Source: Nannocystis bainbridge
Lineage (GTDB): Bacteria; Myxococcota_A; Polyangia; Nannocystales; Nannocystaceae
Direction of reading: 5' to 3'
NCBI RefSeq assembly: GCF_028368995.1
Contig: NZ_JAQNDL010000003.1
Location: forward strand, 128,001-192,000
DNA length: 64,000 bases
Positions 35,701-43,852 of the stretch are shown piece by piece. Within the stretch, counting starts at the first letter, position 1; every line of letters starts with the position of its first letter. The position numbers and the translations under genes are program-made. The notes under the pieces were generated by a model, which had not been told where the DNA came from, made no database searches, and saw nothing but the letters and a program-made list of their open reading frames with translations.

Positions 35701-38700
35701 CCACCCACAGGTCCGTGCGCGTCACGCTGGCGCGCCCGCGGGCGTCGGCCACCGTCGCCTCGAGCCGCAGCGTGCCGCCGCGCCGGGCCACGAAGTCACA
35801 GCGGGCCGCACCCTTGCTCGAGCTGACCGGGCAGTTCTGGGTGTCGACGACCTTCTCCGTCCATTGCCCGCGCTCCTGCACCCACTCGAATTGCTGGGCC
35901 AGCACCGTCGCCGTCTTGCCCTCGATCAGCTTGCCGTCGAGGTCGGCGATCACCGCCTCGACGCTGAACTTGTCGCCCTTGTTGTAGAACGGCCGCGACG
36001 TCTTGAGCCCGACGTAGAGGTCGGCCGGATGGACCACGAGGCGGGTGCGCCCGGTCCATTTCTGCCGGTTCACGTCCTGCGCCGAGCCCTCGGCCGTGAC
36101 CGTGTACGCGCGCGCCGGCCGGCTCCACACGAAATCGGCGCGGATCCGGTGCTGGCCGGCGGCGTCGGTCTTGCCGGTGAACGTGAACTCGCGCCCCTGC
36201 GGTCGGGCGTCGCGGCGCCACCAGGACCAGCTCTCGGTGAAGCCGAAGCTGTACTCGTCGAGCCCCGGCGGGCTGAAGCTCGCCGGCTCGCTGCGCACCC
36301 GCCAGTCGACTTCTGCGCCCGCGAGCCCGCCGCCCGAGAAATAATTGGCGCTCAGCGTCAGCTCGGCGCTGGTGCCGACCAGGTGCGGCCCCGGCGACGC
36401 CTCGACCTTCACCTCGTACTCCGGCCGGCGGAACTCCTCGACCTTGAGGTTGTGATAATGCGTGCGCCCGCCGACCTCGATGTGCAGCGGCGCCGGCCCG
36501 GTGTTGATATTACCCGGCAGCGCCAGCGTCAGCTCGAACCCGCCGGCCGCGTTGACCGGCACCTCGCCCTTCAGCACCTCGCTGCCGCGCGGGTCGTAGA
36601 GCCGATAATTCGCCGTCGACGCCGAGGTCAGGCCGATGTCGCCGCGCTCGCCCCCGCCGACGCTGCGCACCCAACCCTTGACCTTGGCCGTCTCGCCCGG
36701 CTTGTAGAGCCCGCGGTCCTCCGCCACGTAAAAGCGGTAGTCGTCGCCCTGCGAATACGCGCTCCAGCCGGTCGAGTCGGGCGAATAATAGTACATGTTC
36801 TCGGGCACGAACGCGACGTCCCCGCCCTTGCTGGCGATCAGCAATTGCCCGCGATCGCCCAGCGGCAGGGTCGCCAGCCCGTCGGCCCCGCTCCGCCCCG
36901 TCCCGCCCTGCGGCACGATCTTCACGTCGACCCCGGAGAGCGGCGCCCCGTCGGCCAGGTTGGTCGCCCACGTCACCATCTCGCCGGGATCGACGAACGC
37001 GGTCAGGCCGATGCGGGTCACCTGCGCCCACGCCATCGCGTACTGCCGCTGCCAGCAGTCCCGCGGCTGCCGCGGCGGCTCGACGAACGCGATCACGTGC
37101 CCGAGCCCGTTCTTCAGCGCCGGCGACAGATCGATCGCCGTCTCGACCAGCGCGTCGGGCCGGTCGTCGACCTTGACCGTCGTCGTCGCCACCAGCCGCC
37201 CCGGCGGCGGCGGGATCGGCTTGCCGTCGCGGCAATCCATGTCGCGGCGATAATTGAGGTACTTCCCGTAGTCCTCCGGCGTGATCGCGAACAGCTGCAC
37301 CTTCAGCTTCGGCCGGTTGATCGTGAACACCGAGAGCTTCGGCCCGCCGCTCGGATCGAGGACCACGAAATCGCGCGGCGGCCCCTGCAGCTGCGGCTCG
37401 GCGCGCGTGGTCGTGAACCGCGACACGGCCGGCTTCTCCGACGCCTGCCCGAACACGTCGGGCAGCCCGGCGGCGACCGTCACCGAGTAGGTCGTGCGGC
37501 CGACCGTCGCGCCGGTGATGGTGATCGTATTGCCGCCGGCGCTGATGTTCATGCCCGGGATCGACGGCTCGACATGGACCGATTTGGGGTCGAAGCGCTC
37601 GAGGTCGATCGGATTTGTGAACTCGACCTGCAGCGGCATCAGCGGCCGGCACTCGCCGCCCCAGCTGCAATGCGCCCCGGTGTGCTGCATCGGCCCGTAG
37701 GTGTAAAAACCGAACGAGTGGGGCAGCTTGGTGCGCCGCGGCCCCTCGGCCGACGGCGTGCCCGCCCCGACCGTCACCGAGACCGAGGTCCCGCGCGGCA
37801 GCGGCTCGACCGCCCGGAACGCCACGCTGCGCCCCGGCTCGCTCGCCGCCACCAGCCCACGCGCCGTCGCGTCGGCCTCGATCTCCGCCGCGGTCGCCAG
37901 CCGGATCGCCCGCTTGCCGCCGGCGTCGACGGTGAGGACCTCGAGGACCGCCTGCGGATCGATCTTCTGATCGAAGCCGACCACCATGACCGGCTCGAGG
38001 TCATGTGGGCCGCCCATCGGCGTCATGGTGAGCACCTTCGGCGGCGGCGTCGAGAACGTCCACTCCTTGGCCGTGGCCAGCGCCCCGCCGACGCTCGACT
38101 TGACCTGCGCCGGCACGCGGACCTTGTAGTCCGTCGCCATCGGGAACCGCCCCTCCGGTTCGAACATCACGGTCTTCGCCCCGACCCACCGCCACGATCC
38201 GGGCGGCTGCGGCGACAGCTCGACCGGCACCTTCAGCTTGGCAAGCTCCGCGTGGCTCGTCACCGCCACCATCGGCTGCGAGAACGACACCGAAAGATGC
38301 GGCGCCAGCTCGACCTCGCCCTCGGGCATCGACCGCGTCACCGCCAGCGGCCCCGCCTCGGCCCGCTCCGGCGCCGCCGCCTCGGCCGGCGGCGGGAAGG
38401 CCTGCGTCACCGTCTTGCCCGGCCGCGGCGCCGGCAAGCTGCTCTCGCGCAGGGCGAAGTTCTGCCTGTCACCTGTCTTTTCGGTCAGCGCCGGCAGGCG
38501 CGCCAGCAGCTTGGCCGCGCGCGCCTCGGACAGCGGCTCCGCGGGCGCCGGAGGCCGCCCGGCCAGCGCCCCGCCCTTCGGCTCCTCGCTCGCGCGCAGC
38601 CGGACCTCGAGCCCCTCGGGCGCGTCCTGCGGCGCCTTCTGCAGGTCGATGTCCCGCGTGCCCGACTCCGCCGACAGCGGCCCGTCGGGCACCGCCACCA

Positions 38701-38794
38701 CCACCGCCGAGCCCTTGGTGGCCGGACAGCTCGTCATCAACGCGAGCGAGAGACTGGAAGCGCAGACGATTCGGAGCGGACGACCGGGACGCAC
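32717..38794 (-). CDS. Bacterial alpha-2-macroglobulin family lipoprotein
   Basis: Thioester motif YPFDCAEQ, DRGLYKPGE, EEFRRPEYEV, LPDNLTRYR, PPPKAEEMYHPE; 2025 aa. Confidence 0.95.
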   Translation of the reverse strand: MRPGRPLRIVCASSLSLALMTSCPATKGSAVVVAVPDGPLSAESGTRDIDLQKAPQDAPEGLEVRLRASEEPKGGALAGRPPAPAEPLSEARAAKLLARLPALTEKTGDRQNFALRESSLPAPRPGKTVTQAFPPPAEAAAPERAEAGPLAVTRSMPEGEVELAPHLSVSFSQPMVAVTSHAELAKLKVPVELSPQPPGSWRWVGAKTVMFEPEGRFPMATDYKVRVPAQVKSSVGGALATAKEWTFSTPPPKVLTMTPMGGPHDLEPVMVVGFDQKIDPQAVLEVLTVDAGGKRAIRLATAAEIEADATARGLVAASEPGRSVAFRAVEPLPRGTSVSVTVGAGTPSAEGPRRTKLPHSFGFYTYGPMQHTGAHCSWGGECRPLMPLQVEFTNPIDLERFDPKSVHVEPSIPGMNISAGGNTITITGATVGRTTYSVTVAAGLPDVFGQASEKPAVSRFTTTRAEPQLQGPPRDFVVLDPSGGPKLSVFTINRPKLKVQLFAITPEDYGKYLNYRRDMDCRDGKPIPPPPGRLVATTTVKVDDRPDALVETAIDLSPALKNGLGHVIAFVEPPRQPRDCWQRQYAMAWAQVTRIGLTAFVDPGEMVTWATNLADGAPLSGVDVKIVPQGGTGRSGADGLATLPLGDRGQLLIASKGGDVAFVPENMYYYSPDSTGWSAYSQGDDYRFYVAEDRGLYKPGETAKVKGWVRSVGGGERGDIGLTSASTANYRLYDPRGSEVLKGEVPVNAAGGFELTLALPGNINTGPAPLHIEVGGRTHYHNLKVEEFRRPEYEVKVEASPGPHLVGTSAELTLSANYFSGGGLAGAEVDWRVRSEPASFSPPGLDEYSFGFTESWSWWRRDARPQGREFTFTGKTDAAGQHRIRADFVWSRPARAYTVTAEGSAQDVNRQKWTGRTRLVVHPADLYVGLKTSRPFYNKGDKFSVEAVIADLDGKLIEGKTATVLAQQFEWVQERGQWTEKVVDTQNCPVSSSKGAARCDFVARRGGTLRLEATVADARGRASVTRTDLWVAGGDTPPSRTIEQEKVGLLTDKKEYGAGDVAELLVVSPWPQAEGVMTIRRSGLVRSERFKVEDGAAKLRVPIEEGHVPNLHVHVDLVGAAPRTRDDGTADPGLAPRPAYAAGSVNLRVPPRRRTLQLTAKPRDEELPPGAETVVDVELKDAEGKPVAGGEVALAVVDEAVLSLTGYSWPDPVATFYLDRDGGVREHHLRELLLLARPDLAKLQLTGAVGSSRDGDSDDRAEAAPKRASKKNAGMAPGAPVMAPAPEEEKKAEVSKPTDDESGAQQEEGAIALRTDFSALALFAAAVPTDSKGKAQVKLKLPDNLTRYRVMAVAAAGTGAFGSGEATVTASRPLMVRPSPPRFLNFGDKLELPVVVQNQGKKPLTVEVAVRAGNAKLTAGTGRKVQVPAGDRVEVRFPATTELAGTARFQFAVASGKHTDAAEVSLPVWTPATTEAFATYGTLDSGAVAQPVKAPGQVWREFGGLEVTTTSTALAGLTDALLYLVRYPFDCAEQVSSRVMAIASLRDVLSAFAAEGLPPPKELEAGVRQDLLRLAKLQNYDGGWGFWRWGERSYPYLSIHVAHALARADAKGFNVPKDMTQKAVNYLQSIRYRIPESYGPVEKQVLRAYALYTLRQLGRGNPTAARELIKEAGGIEKMGMEAVAWLYSALQGDPASTAELEAIRLIVRNRAEETAGAAHFVTSYSDGGHVLLHSDRRVDALMLEALIADQPKSDLIPKLVEGLMAHRKAGRWSSTQENAFVLVALDRYFNTYEKITPDFVARVWLGARYAGEQKFAGRQTDRRRIDIPMAEVAAIGSGDLILQKEGKGRLYYRIGMRYAPTDLMMPPSDHGFVVDRAYEPIDDPKDVKRDADGTWRIKGGARVRVRLTMVAPTRRYHVALVDPLPAGLEPQNPALMTTGALPEDPQALSKQSPWWWWNRPWFEHQNLRDERAEAFTSLLWEGVHTYTYVALATTPGVFVVPPPKAEEMYHPETFGRGWSAKVIVE

Positions 38795-39078
38795 GCCGCG
38801 ATTGTATGCGCACGCAGCCGGGCCCGATACGCCCGCCCACGGGGCGATTTCGTCCGATCCGCGCGCTCAGGGTTCGACTTCGCAGCGCCCGCGAGCCTCG
38901 CCCGCGCGAAAGCTCCCGCCCGATGCAGGAAGATCTCGAAGCATCATCGCAGCCCACCTCCGATGAAACACGTTCTTCATGGCCCATTCCACCATTCACA
39001 ACACCATCACACTGCTCATTTACGACACGACATCGAATGCAACGAACGCATCAATCCATTCAAATCATGGCACCACCC

Positions 39079-39127
39079 AATACAAAGACCCCCGACGCCG
39101 GGTCTCTCGGACCACTCGCATCGGGGG
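39079..39127 (-). terminator. Probable rho-independent terminator
   Basis: On the minus strand a CCCCCGA..TCGGGGG stem is followed by TCTTTGTATT, just downstream of the stop at 39175. Confidence 0.6.
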
Positions 39128-39174
39128 CGTTCGTCACCGCCGGCAGTCGCTGACGGTGTCTGCGGCGCGCGGGT

Positions 39175-40404
39175 TCAAGCGCCGTCGCCGAGCCGGCGCG
39201 CGAGCATCTGCAGGCGCGAACGGGCCAGGCCCATGCTGCTGCTCGTGCGATCGAGCTCGACGAACAGGTAGCAGCCGGTCCGCGGCGTGCGCTGCAGCAG
39301 GTGCAGACGGGGGCCGCGCGTCACGAGGATGTCGTCGATGCAATCGTCGACATCCTCACTATGGAGGAGGCGGGTCAGCGCGTGGACCAGCCCGTCGTCG
39401 AGCGGGTCGCCGCGGCGGGCCAGGAATTGCCCGCGGTCGCTGTCGAGCAGCGCCGCCGCCTGGGCGCCGTCGAGCGCCATCGCCTCGTCGAGGCACGTGC
39501 GCATGGCCGCGTCGATCTCGAGCGGCGGCGCGATCAGCCGCGGCAGCGCCGGCGGCTCGACCAGGCCCGCCGGCGTCGGCAGCAGCTCCGACAGCGCGAA
39601 CGTCATGCTGCTGGTGTAGCGGCGCTGCTGCGGCACGAACATCACCACGTCGTGGCGGCGCTCCATCAGCTTCTGCAGCTTGGCCGCCAGCCAGCGCTGC
39701 AGCCGCTGCTCGAGCGCCTCGGCGGTGACGATCTCCCACTCGATCAGCACGTCGGCGAAGTGCCGCCCGGCGGTGAAGCACTCCTCCAACACCGCGGTGA
39801 CGTCGTCGGCGCGCACGTCCGGCAGGTCGCGCAACAGGTCATGGAGGGAGCCTGTCTCCGAGGACAGGTGCACCCACGCCACGCGTCCGCCGTGGAAGAA
39901 CACCCGCCCGACCTCGGTCCCGCTGCGCAGCAGCAGATCTCCCCCGGGGCTCGCGGCCGCCTCGGCCAGCGCCGCCGTCAGCCCCGGCGTCGCCGTCGCC
40001 AGCGCCAGCGCCCGCTCGGCCGCCTGCACCCGCGCCACCACCTCGCAGCTCGTCAGCGGCTTTACCAAAAAGTCGTCGGCCCCGGCGGCGAATCCGTCGA
40101 CCATATCGGCGTGGCGGTTCCTCGCCGTCACCAGCACCACGTGGGCCAGCGGGCGCCGCGGCATCTCACGCAGCCGGCGGCACACCTCGATCCCGGTCAT
40201 CCGCGGCATCATCCAATCGAGTAGTACGATCTGCGGCGGCGCGGCCTCGCTGAGGTAACTCCACGCCGACGCCCCGTCCTCCGCCTCGCTTACCGCATAG
40301 CCGCGCTCTTGTAATGGACCGGAGAGCATCGCCCGCGCCACGGGATCGTCGTCGGCGACGAGGACGCGAGGTTGAGGTGCGTTCGACGGAGCGTAAAAAT
40401 TCAT
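39175..40404 (-). CDS. Response regulator: receiver + DUF4388/PatA-N-like domain + Roadblock-like domain
   Basis: VLVADDD, LLDWMMP, GADDFLVKP; GRVFFHGGRVAWV; C-terminal EAMALDGAQAAALLD..IDDILVT..MGLARSRL. Start could be 40452. Confidence 0.82.
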   Translation of the reverse strand: MNFYAPSNAPQPRVLVADDDPVARAMLSGPLQERGYAVSEAEDGASAWSYLSEAAPPQIVLLDWMMPRMTGIEVCRRLREMPRRPLAHVVLVTARNRHADMVDGFAAGADDFLVKPLTSCEVVARVQAAERALALATATPGLTAALAEAAASPGGDLLLRSGTEVGRVFFHGGRVAWVHLSSETGSLHDLLRDLPDVRADDVTAVLEECFTAGRHFADVLIEWEIVTAEALEQRLQRWLAAKLQKLMERRHDVVMFVPQQRRYTSSMTFALSELLPTPAGLVEPPALPRLIAPPLEIDAAMRTCLDEAMALDGAQAAALLDSDRGQFLARRGDPLDDGLVHALTRLLHSEDVDDCIDDILVTRGPRLHLLQRTPRTGCYLFVELDRTSSSMGLARSRLQMLARRLGDGA

Positions 40405-40668
40405 GGCCGGTACTTCGAACCGAGAATCGTCGGTCCATGCCTGGTTGTCCATGGGATTGTTGGACGGAGCCGCCGCCCGGGCAATCACCCGCGCGCCCTT
40501 GAACGGCAATGTACACACCTTCTACAGCTCACGTACGGCCCCACGGACAGCTGTACGCGGACGATCGCACATAGTACATATCTCGAGGCATACACGCGAT
40601 TACCGCCCGCTTTCACCGATTTCCTCTTGCGCGAGCAACCATCACGTGCGACCTTCGCCCGCAGGTGA

Positions 40669-41499
40669 ATGGCTGGCGATTCGAGCGCACGCACTCTTGT
40701 AGTCGGCGACGTGGCCGCAATCTCGGGGCTCCCGGCGTCGGCACTCGACGATGCCTGCGCCGGCACCCAGGTCTCGCGGCCGGTCCTGCGCTCGGAAGTG
40801 CTGCGAATCATCCGCGACGAACCCGTCGACGTCATGATCACGACCGGCGGCGCGACGTTCCTGGCCGGCGAGGAGTTCCTCGCCGCCTTCGCCGCGCGCG
40901 AGGCGCCGATCGCGGTGTTGATGGCGACGCGGCGCACGGACACCAAGGTCCTCGCCCGCCTGCGCGAAGCAGGCGTCCCCGTCGAGCGCATCGAGTTCCC
41001 GATCGACGTGGACGAGCTGCGGGACCGCGTTCAGGCCAGCTTGCGGGCGGCGCACGAACCGCGCCCGCAGCCGGACCCAGACCCGACCATTGCGCACCCG
41101 GAATCCGACGAAGCACAGGTTGAAGAGGAGAGCATGCCCAACATCAACAAGACCCTCGAAGAAGCGATGAAGATCGACGGCGCGATCGCGGCGGCGCTGG
41201 CCGACTGGGAGTCCGGGTTCTGCCTCGGCACCGCCGGCGGCGGCACCCGCCTCAACATCGAGATCGCGGCCGCGGGCAATTGCCAGGTGGTCAAGGCCAA
41301 GATGGCGACCATGAACGAGCTCGGCATCAAGGGCGCGATCCATGACATCCTCATCACGCTGGACGACCAGATCCACCTGATCCGCCCGCTCCGCCGCGGC
41401 GACACCCTCTTCCTCTACGTGGCGATCGACAAGGTCAAGGGCAACCTCGGGCTCGCGCGCCACCGCCTGCAGAAGCTCGAGGCCGAGCTCGTGGTGTGA
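40669..41499 (+). CDS. Pseudo-receiver fused to Roadblock/LC7-like domain (possible internal start at 41134)
   Basis: C-half MPNINKTLEEAMKIDGAIAAALADWESG..IHDILITLDDQIHLIRPL..NLGLARHRL; N-half is CheY-like without the phospho-Asp. Confidence 0.78.
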   Translation: MAGDSSARTLVVGDVAAISGLPASALDDACAGTQVSRPVLRSEVLRIIRDEPVDVMITTGGATFLAGEEFLAAFAAREAPIAVLMATRRTDTKVLARLREAGVPVERIEFPIDVDELRDRVQASLRAAHEPRPQPDPDPTIAHPESDEAQVEEESMPNINKTLEEAMKIDGAIAAALADWESGFCLGTAGGGTRLNIEIAAAGNCQVVKAKMATMNELGIKGAIHDILITLDDQIHLIRPLRRGDTLFLYVAIDKVKGNLGLARHRLQKLEAELVV

Positions 41500-41538
41500 T
41501 TGCCCCGCCGCCGCCGCCGCCCTGTCGTGACAGCAAGA

Positions 41539-42804
41539 TTACGCGGGGTCGGGGGGCGGCCCCCAATGTGTCGCCACGGCCGGGCTCGTCGGCCGTGGCG
41601 TGTAGTCCGGGACCACGAATGCGTCGTGCAGGCGCGCTACGCCGCCGCGCAGCCGGCTGAGCGCCCGCAGCCACGACACCGGCACGTGCTGGAACACCCG
41701 GGTCGATTGCGCGAACAGCCATAGCGCCAGCGGGCTGCCCGGCAGCAGCCGCCGCGCCGCGGCCAGGGCGAACGCCCGGCTGCTCGTCACGTACGGCCGC
41801 AGCGTCTCCTCGCAATTGCGGAAGCCTCGCACGTGGTCGCCTCCGGCCGCGGCCAGCTCGCCCGCCAGCACATAGGCCCCGACGATCGCCAGACTGGTGC
41901 TGCCGCCGACCGCCGCCCCCGGCGAATAGCCGGCGTCCCCGACCAGAGTCACCCGTCCGCGCGTCCAGGTGTCCATGCGCAATTGCGTGATGGTGTCGAA
42001 GTAAAACGCAGACGCCTGCTGCGCCGCCGCCAGCAGCCCCGGCACCTCCCAGCCCATACCCGCGAACGCCTGCGCCAGCAGCTGCTTCTGCCGCGCGACA
42101 TCGCGGTGGTGGTATTCGAGCTCACCCTCGCTGCGAAACAGGAACAGCGCGCGGGCGTCCCCCATGTGCCGCGCGGCGTACACGGCGACCAGCCGGTCGA
42201 CCCCGCTGACGAGGATTACCCGGTCGCGCAGACCCAGGTCGTTGGCGATCGTCGCCACCGCCAGGTGAGCGCCGATGGGGCGCGAGAATTGCCGCTCGGG
42301 GCCGAACACCAGCCGGCGCACGTTCGAATGCAGGCCGTCGGCGCCGACCACCAGGTCGAAGCGCCGTGGTGCGCCGCGCTCGAAGGTCACGTCGACCCCG
42401 GCGTCGTCCTGCTGCAGCGAGGCGATCGAATCGTCGTACACGTACTCGACCTCGCCCCGGCTGGCGCCGATGAGGACCTCCGCCAATTCGTCGCGCATGA
42501 CCTCGGCGTGGCGGCGCGACACCGCCTGCATCACCCGCTTCACGTCGAGCTCGATCGGCCGCTTTACCCCGTCGCGCCGCAGCGTCAACCACTCCGTCCC
42601 GGAGTGGCGCGCCTCGACCTCCGCCAGCACCCCCATCTTCTCGACGATGTCCATGGCCGGCCGGAACAGGTCGACCGCGTGTCCGCCGGTCTTGCGCAGA
42701 CCGGGGGCCCGCTCGACCACCGTGGGCTCGAACCCGTGACGCTTCAGCCAATACGCCAGCACCGGCCCGGCGACGCTGGCGCCGGAGATCAGGACTCTCT
42801 TCAT
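41539..42804 (-). CDS. FAD-dependent monooxygenase
   Basis: ISGASVAG, GADGLHSNVR, LVGDAGY; SD AAGGAG. Confidence 0.92.
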   Translation of the reverse strand: MKRVLISGASVAGPVLAYWLKRHGFEPTVVERAPGLRKTGGHAVDLFRPAMDIVEKMGVLAEVEARHSGTEWLTLRRDGVKRPIELDVKRVMQAVSRRHAEVMRDELAEVLIGASRGEVEYVYDDSIASLQQDDAGVDVTFERGAPRRFDLVVGADGLHSNVRRLVFGPERQFSRPIGAHLAVATIANDLGLRDRVILVSGVDRLVAVYAARHMGDARALFLFRSEGELEYHHRDVARQKQLLAQAFAGMGWEVPGLLAAAQQASAFYFDTITQLRMDTWTRGRVTLVGDAGYSPGAAVGGSTSLAIVGAYVLAGELAAAGGDHVRGFRNCEETLRPYVTSSRAFALAAARRLLPGSPLALWLFAQSTRVFQHVPVSWLRALSRLRGGVARLHDAFVVPDYTPRPTSPAVATHWGPPPDPA

Positions 42805-42816
42805 CGTGGCTCCTTA

Positions 42817-42832
42817 CTTACCGATAGGTAAG
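42817..42832. promoter_or_regulatory. Putative TetR operator CTTACC-N4-GGTAAG
   Basis: Perfect 6-4-6 inverted repeat between the divergent monooxygenase and TetR genes. Confidence 0.65.
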
Positions 42833-42889
42833 CACGTGGCCGCGCCGTTTTCAAGCCGCTGCGGCCCGCTCCGGCGATATCCTCCGCGG

Positions 42890-43480
42890 GTGTCCCGGCC
42901 CACCGACACCAAGGCGCGGATCCACGCGGTCGCCCGCGCGCTGTTCATGCAGCAGGGCGTGCAGCAGACCAGCCTGCGCCAGATCGCGGACCAGCTCGGC
43001 ATCACCAAGCCCGCCCTCTACTACCACTTCGATTCGCGCGAGGCCCTGGTCGCCAGCATGTTCCAGCCGCTGCTCGCCGACATGGAGGCCCACCTCGCGG
43101 CCCTCGAGGCGGCCCCGCCGAGCGACCCTCGCGTGCTGCTCGGCCAGCACTTCGACCTGCTCTCGCGCCATCGCGACCTCATCGTCATGCTCGTGCGCGA
43201 CTTCAGCATCCTCACCGAGCTCGATCTGGTGGCCCGCATGTTCGCCTGGCGCCATCGCCTCATGACCCTGCTGGTCGGCCCTGCCCCCTCGGTCGAGGCC
43301 CGCGTGCGGGCCGTCGTCGCCATCGGCGGCATGGCCGACACCGCCGTCGAGTTCCCCGACGTGCCGATGGACCGCATCAAGCCCACCGCCATCGAGGCCG
43401 CCTGCGCCGCCCTCGGCCTGCCGCCTGCGCCTCGCCCACCCGTGCGCGCCGCGGCCAAGCGCCCGCGCCGGGCCACCTGA
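42890..43480 (+). CDS. TetR/AcrR family transcriptional regulator
   Basis: TSLRQIADQLGITKPALYYHFDSREAL HTH. GTG start placed 6 nt after TATCCT. Confidence 0.93.
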   Translation: MSRPTDTKARIHAVARALFMQQGVQQTSLRQIADQLGITKPALYYHFDSREALVASMFQPLLADMEAHLAALEAAPPSDPRVLLGQHFDLLSRHRDLIVMLVRDFSILTELDLVARMFAWRHRLMTLLVGPAPSVEARVRAVVAIGGMADTAVEFPDVPMDRIKPTAIEAACAALGLPPAPRPPVRAAAKRPRRAT

Positions 43481-43531
43481 GGCAATGGCCGGAGCGTGGC
43501 GACGATCCCCGTCCGGCCGATACGAGTGACA

Positions 43532-43613
43532 GGACAATGTCCGCACCCCGACGGACACTGTCTCGCGGTCTCCACCCAATCGCGGGACAATGTCCGCACC
43601 CCGATGGACACTG
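43532..43613. repeat. Two 29-bp direct repeats with 24-bp spacer
   Basis: GGACAATGTCCGCACCCCGAYGGACACTG at 43532-43560 and 43585-43613, one mismatch. Confidence 0.88.
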
Positions 43614-43852
43614 GTGTGAGTACAGATTGGTGGCACCCGTGAGGTGACGTCCGGATCGCCGGACGCGATCGACGATGACCGCGGGCTCGCGGCCGCGCCC
43701 GAGCGACATGCCCTTTGCGACATGTCTCAAAAAACATACGAGAGCGCCCGAGCGAATCCTCGTCCAACGTGGTGCTTCGGGCTCGCGGGCCGGCGGGCTC
43801 GTCCGCGATCGCGCGGCCCCGCGGGCGTGGGGACTCGGCTATCGTGTCCCAC

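Noticed and set aside
32579-39271. 2230-aa plus-strand ORF, and similar long ORFs at 12471-15548 (-), 26880-30500 (+), 15564-17993 (-) and 7188-9602 (+)
   Set aside because: These are antisense shadows of motif-bearing genes. High-GC codon bias suppresses stop codons on the opposite strand, and the translations have no recognisable motifs.
43532-43613. Possible mini-CRISPR array
   Set aside because: Only two repeats, a 24-nt spacer, no leader and no cas genes in the window. Kept as a plain direct repeat.
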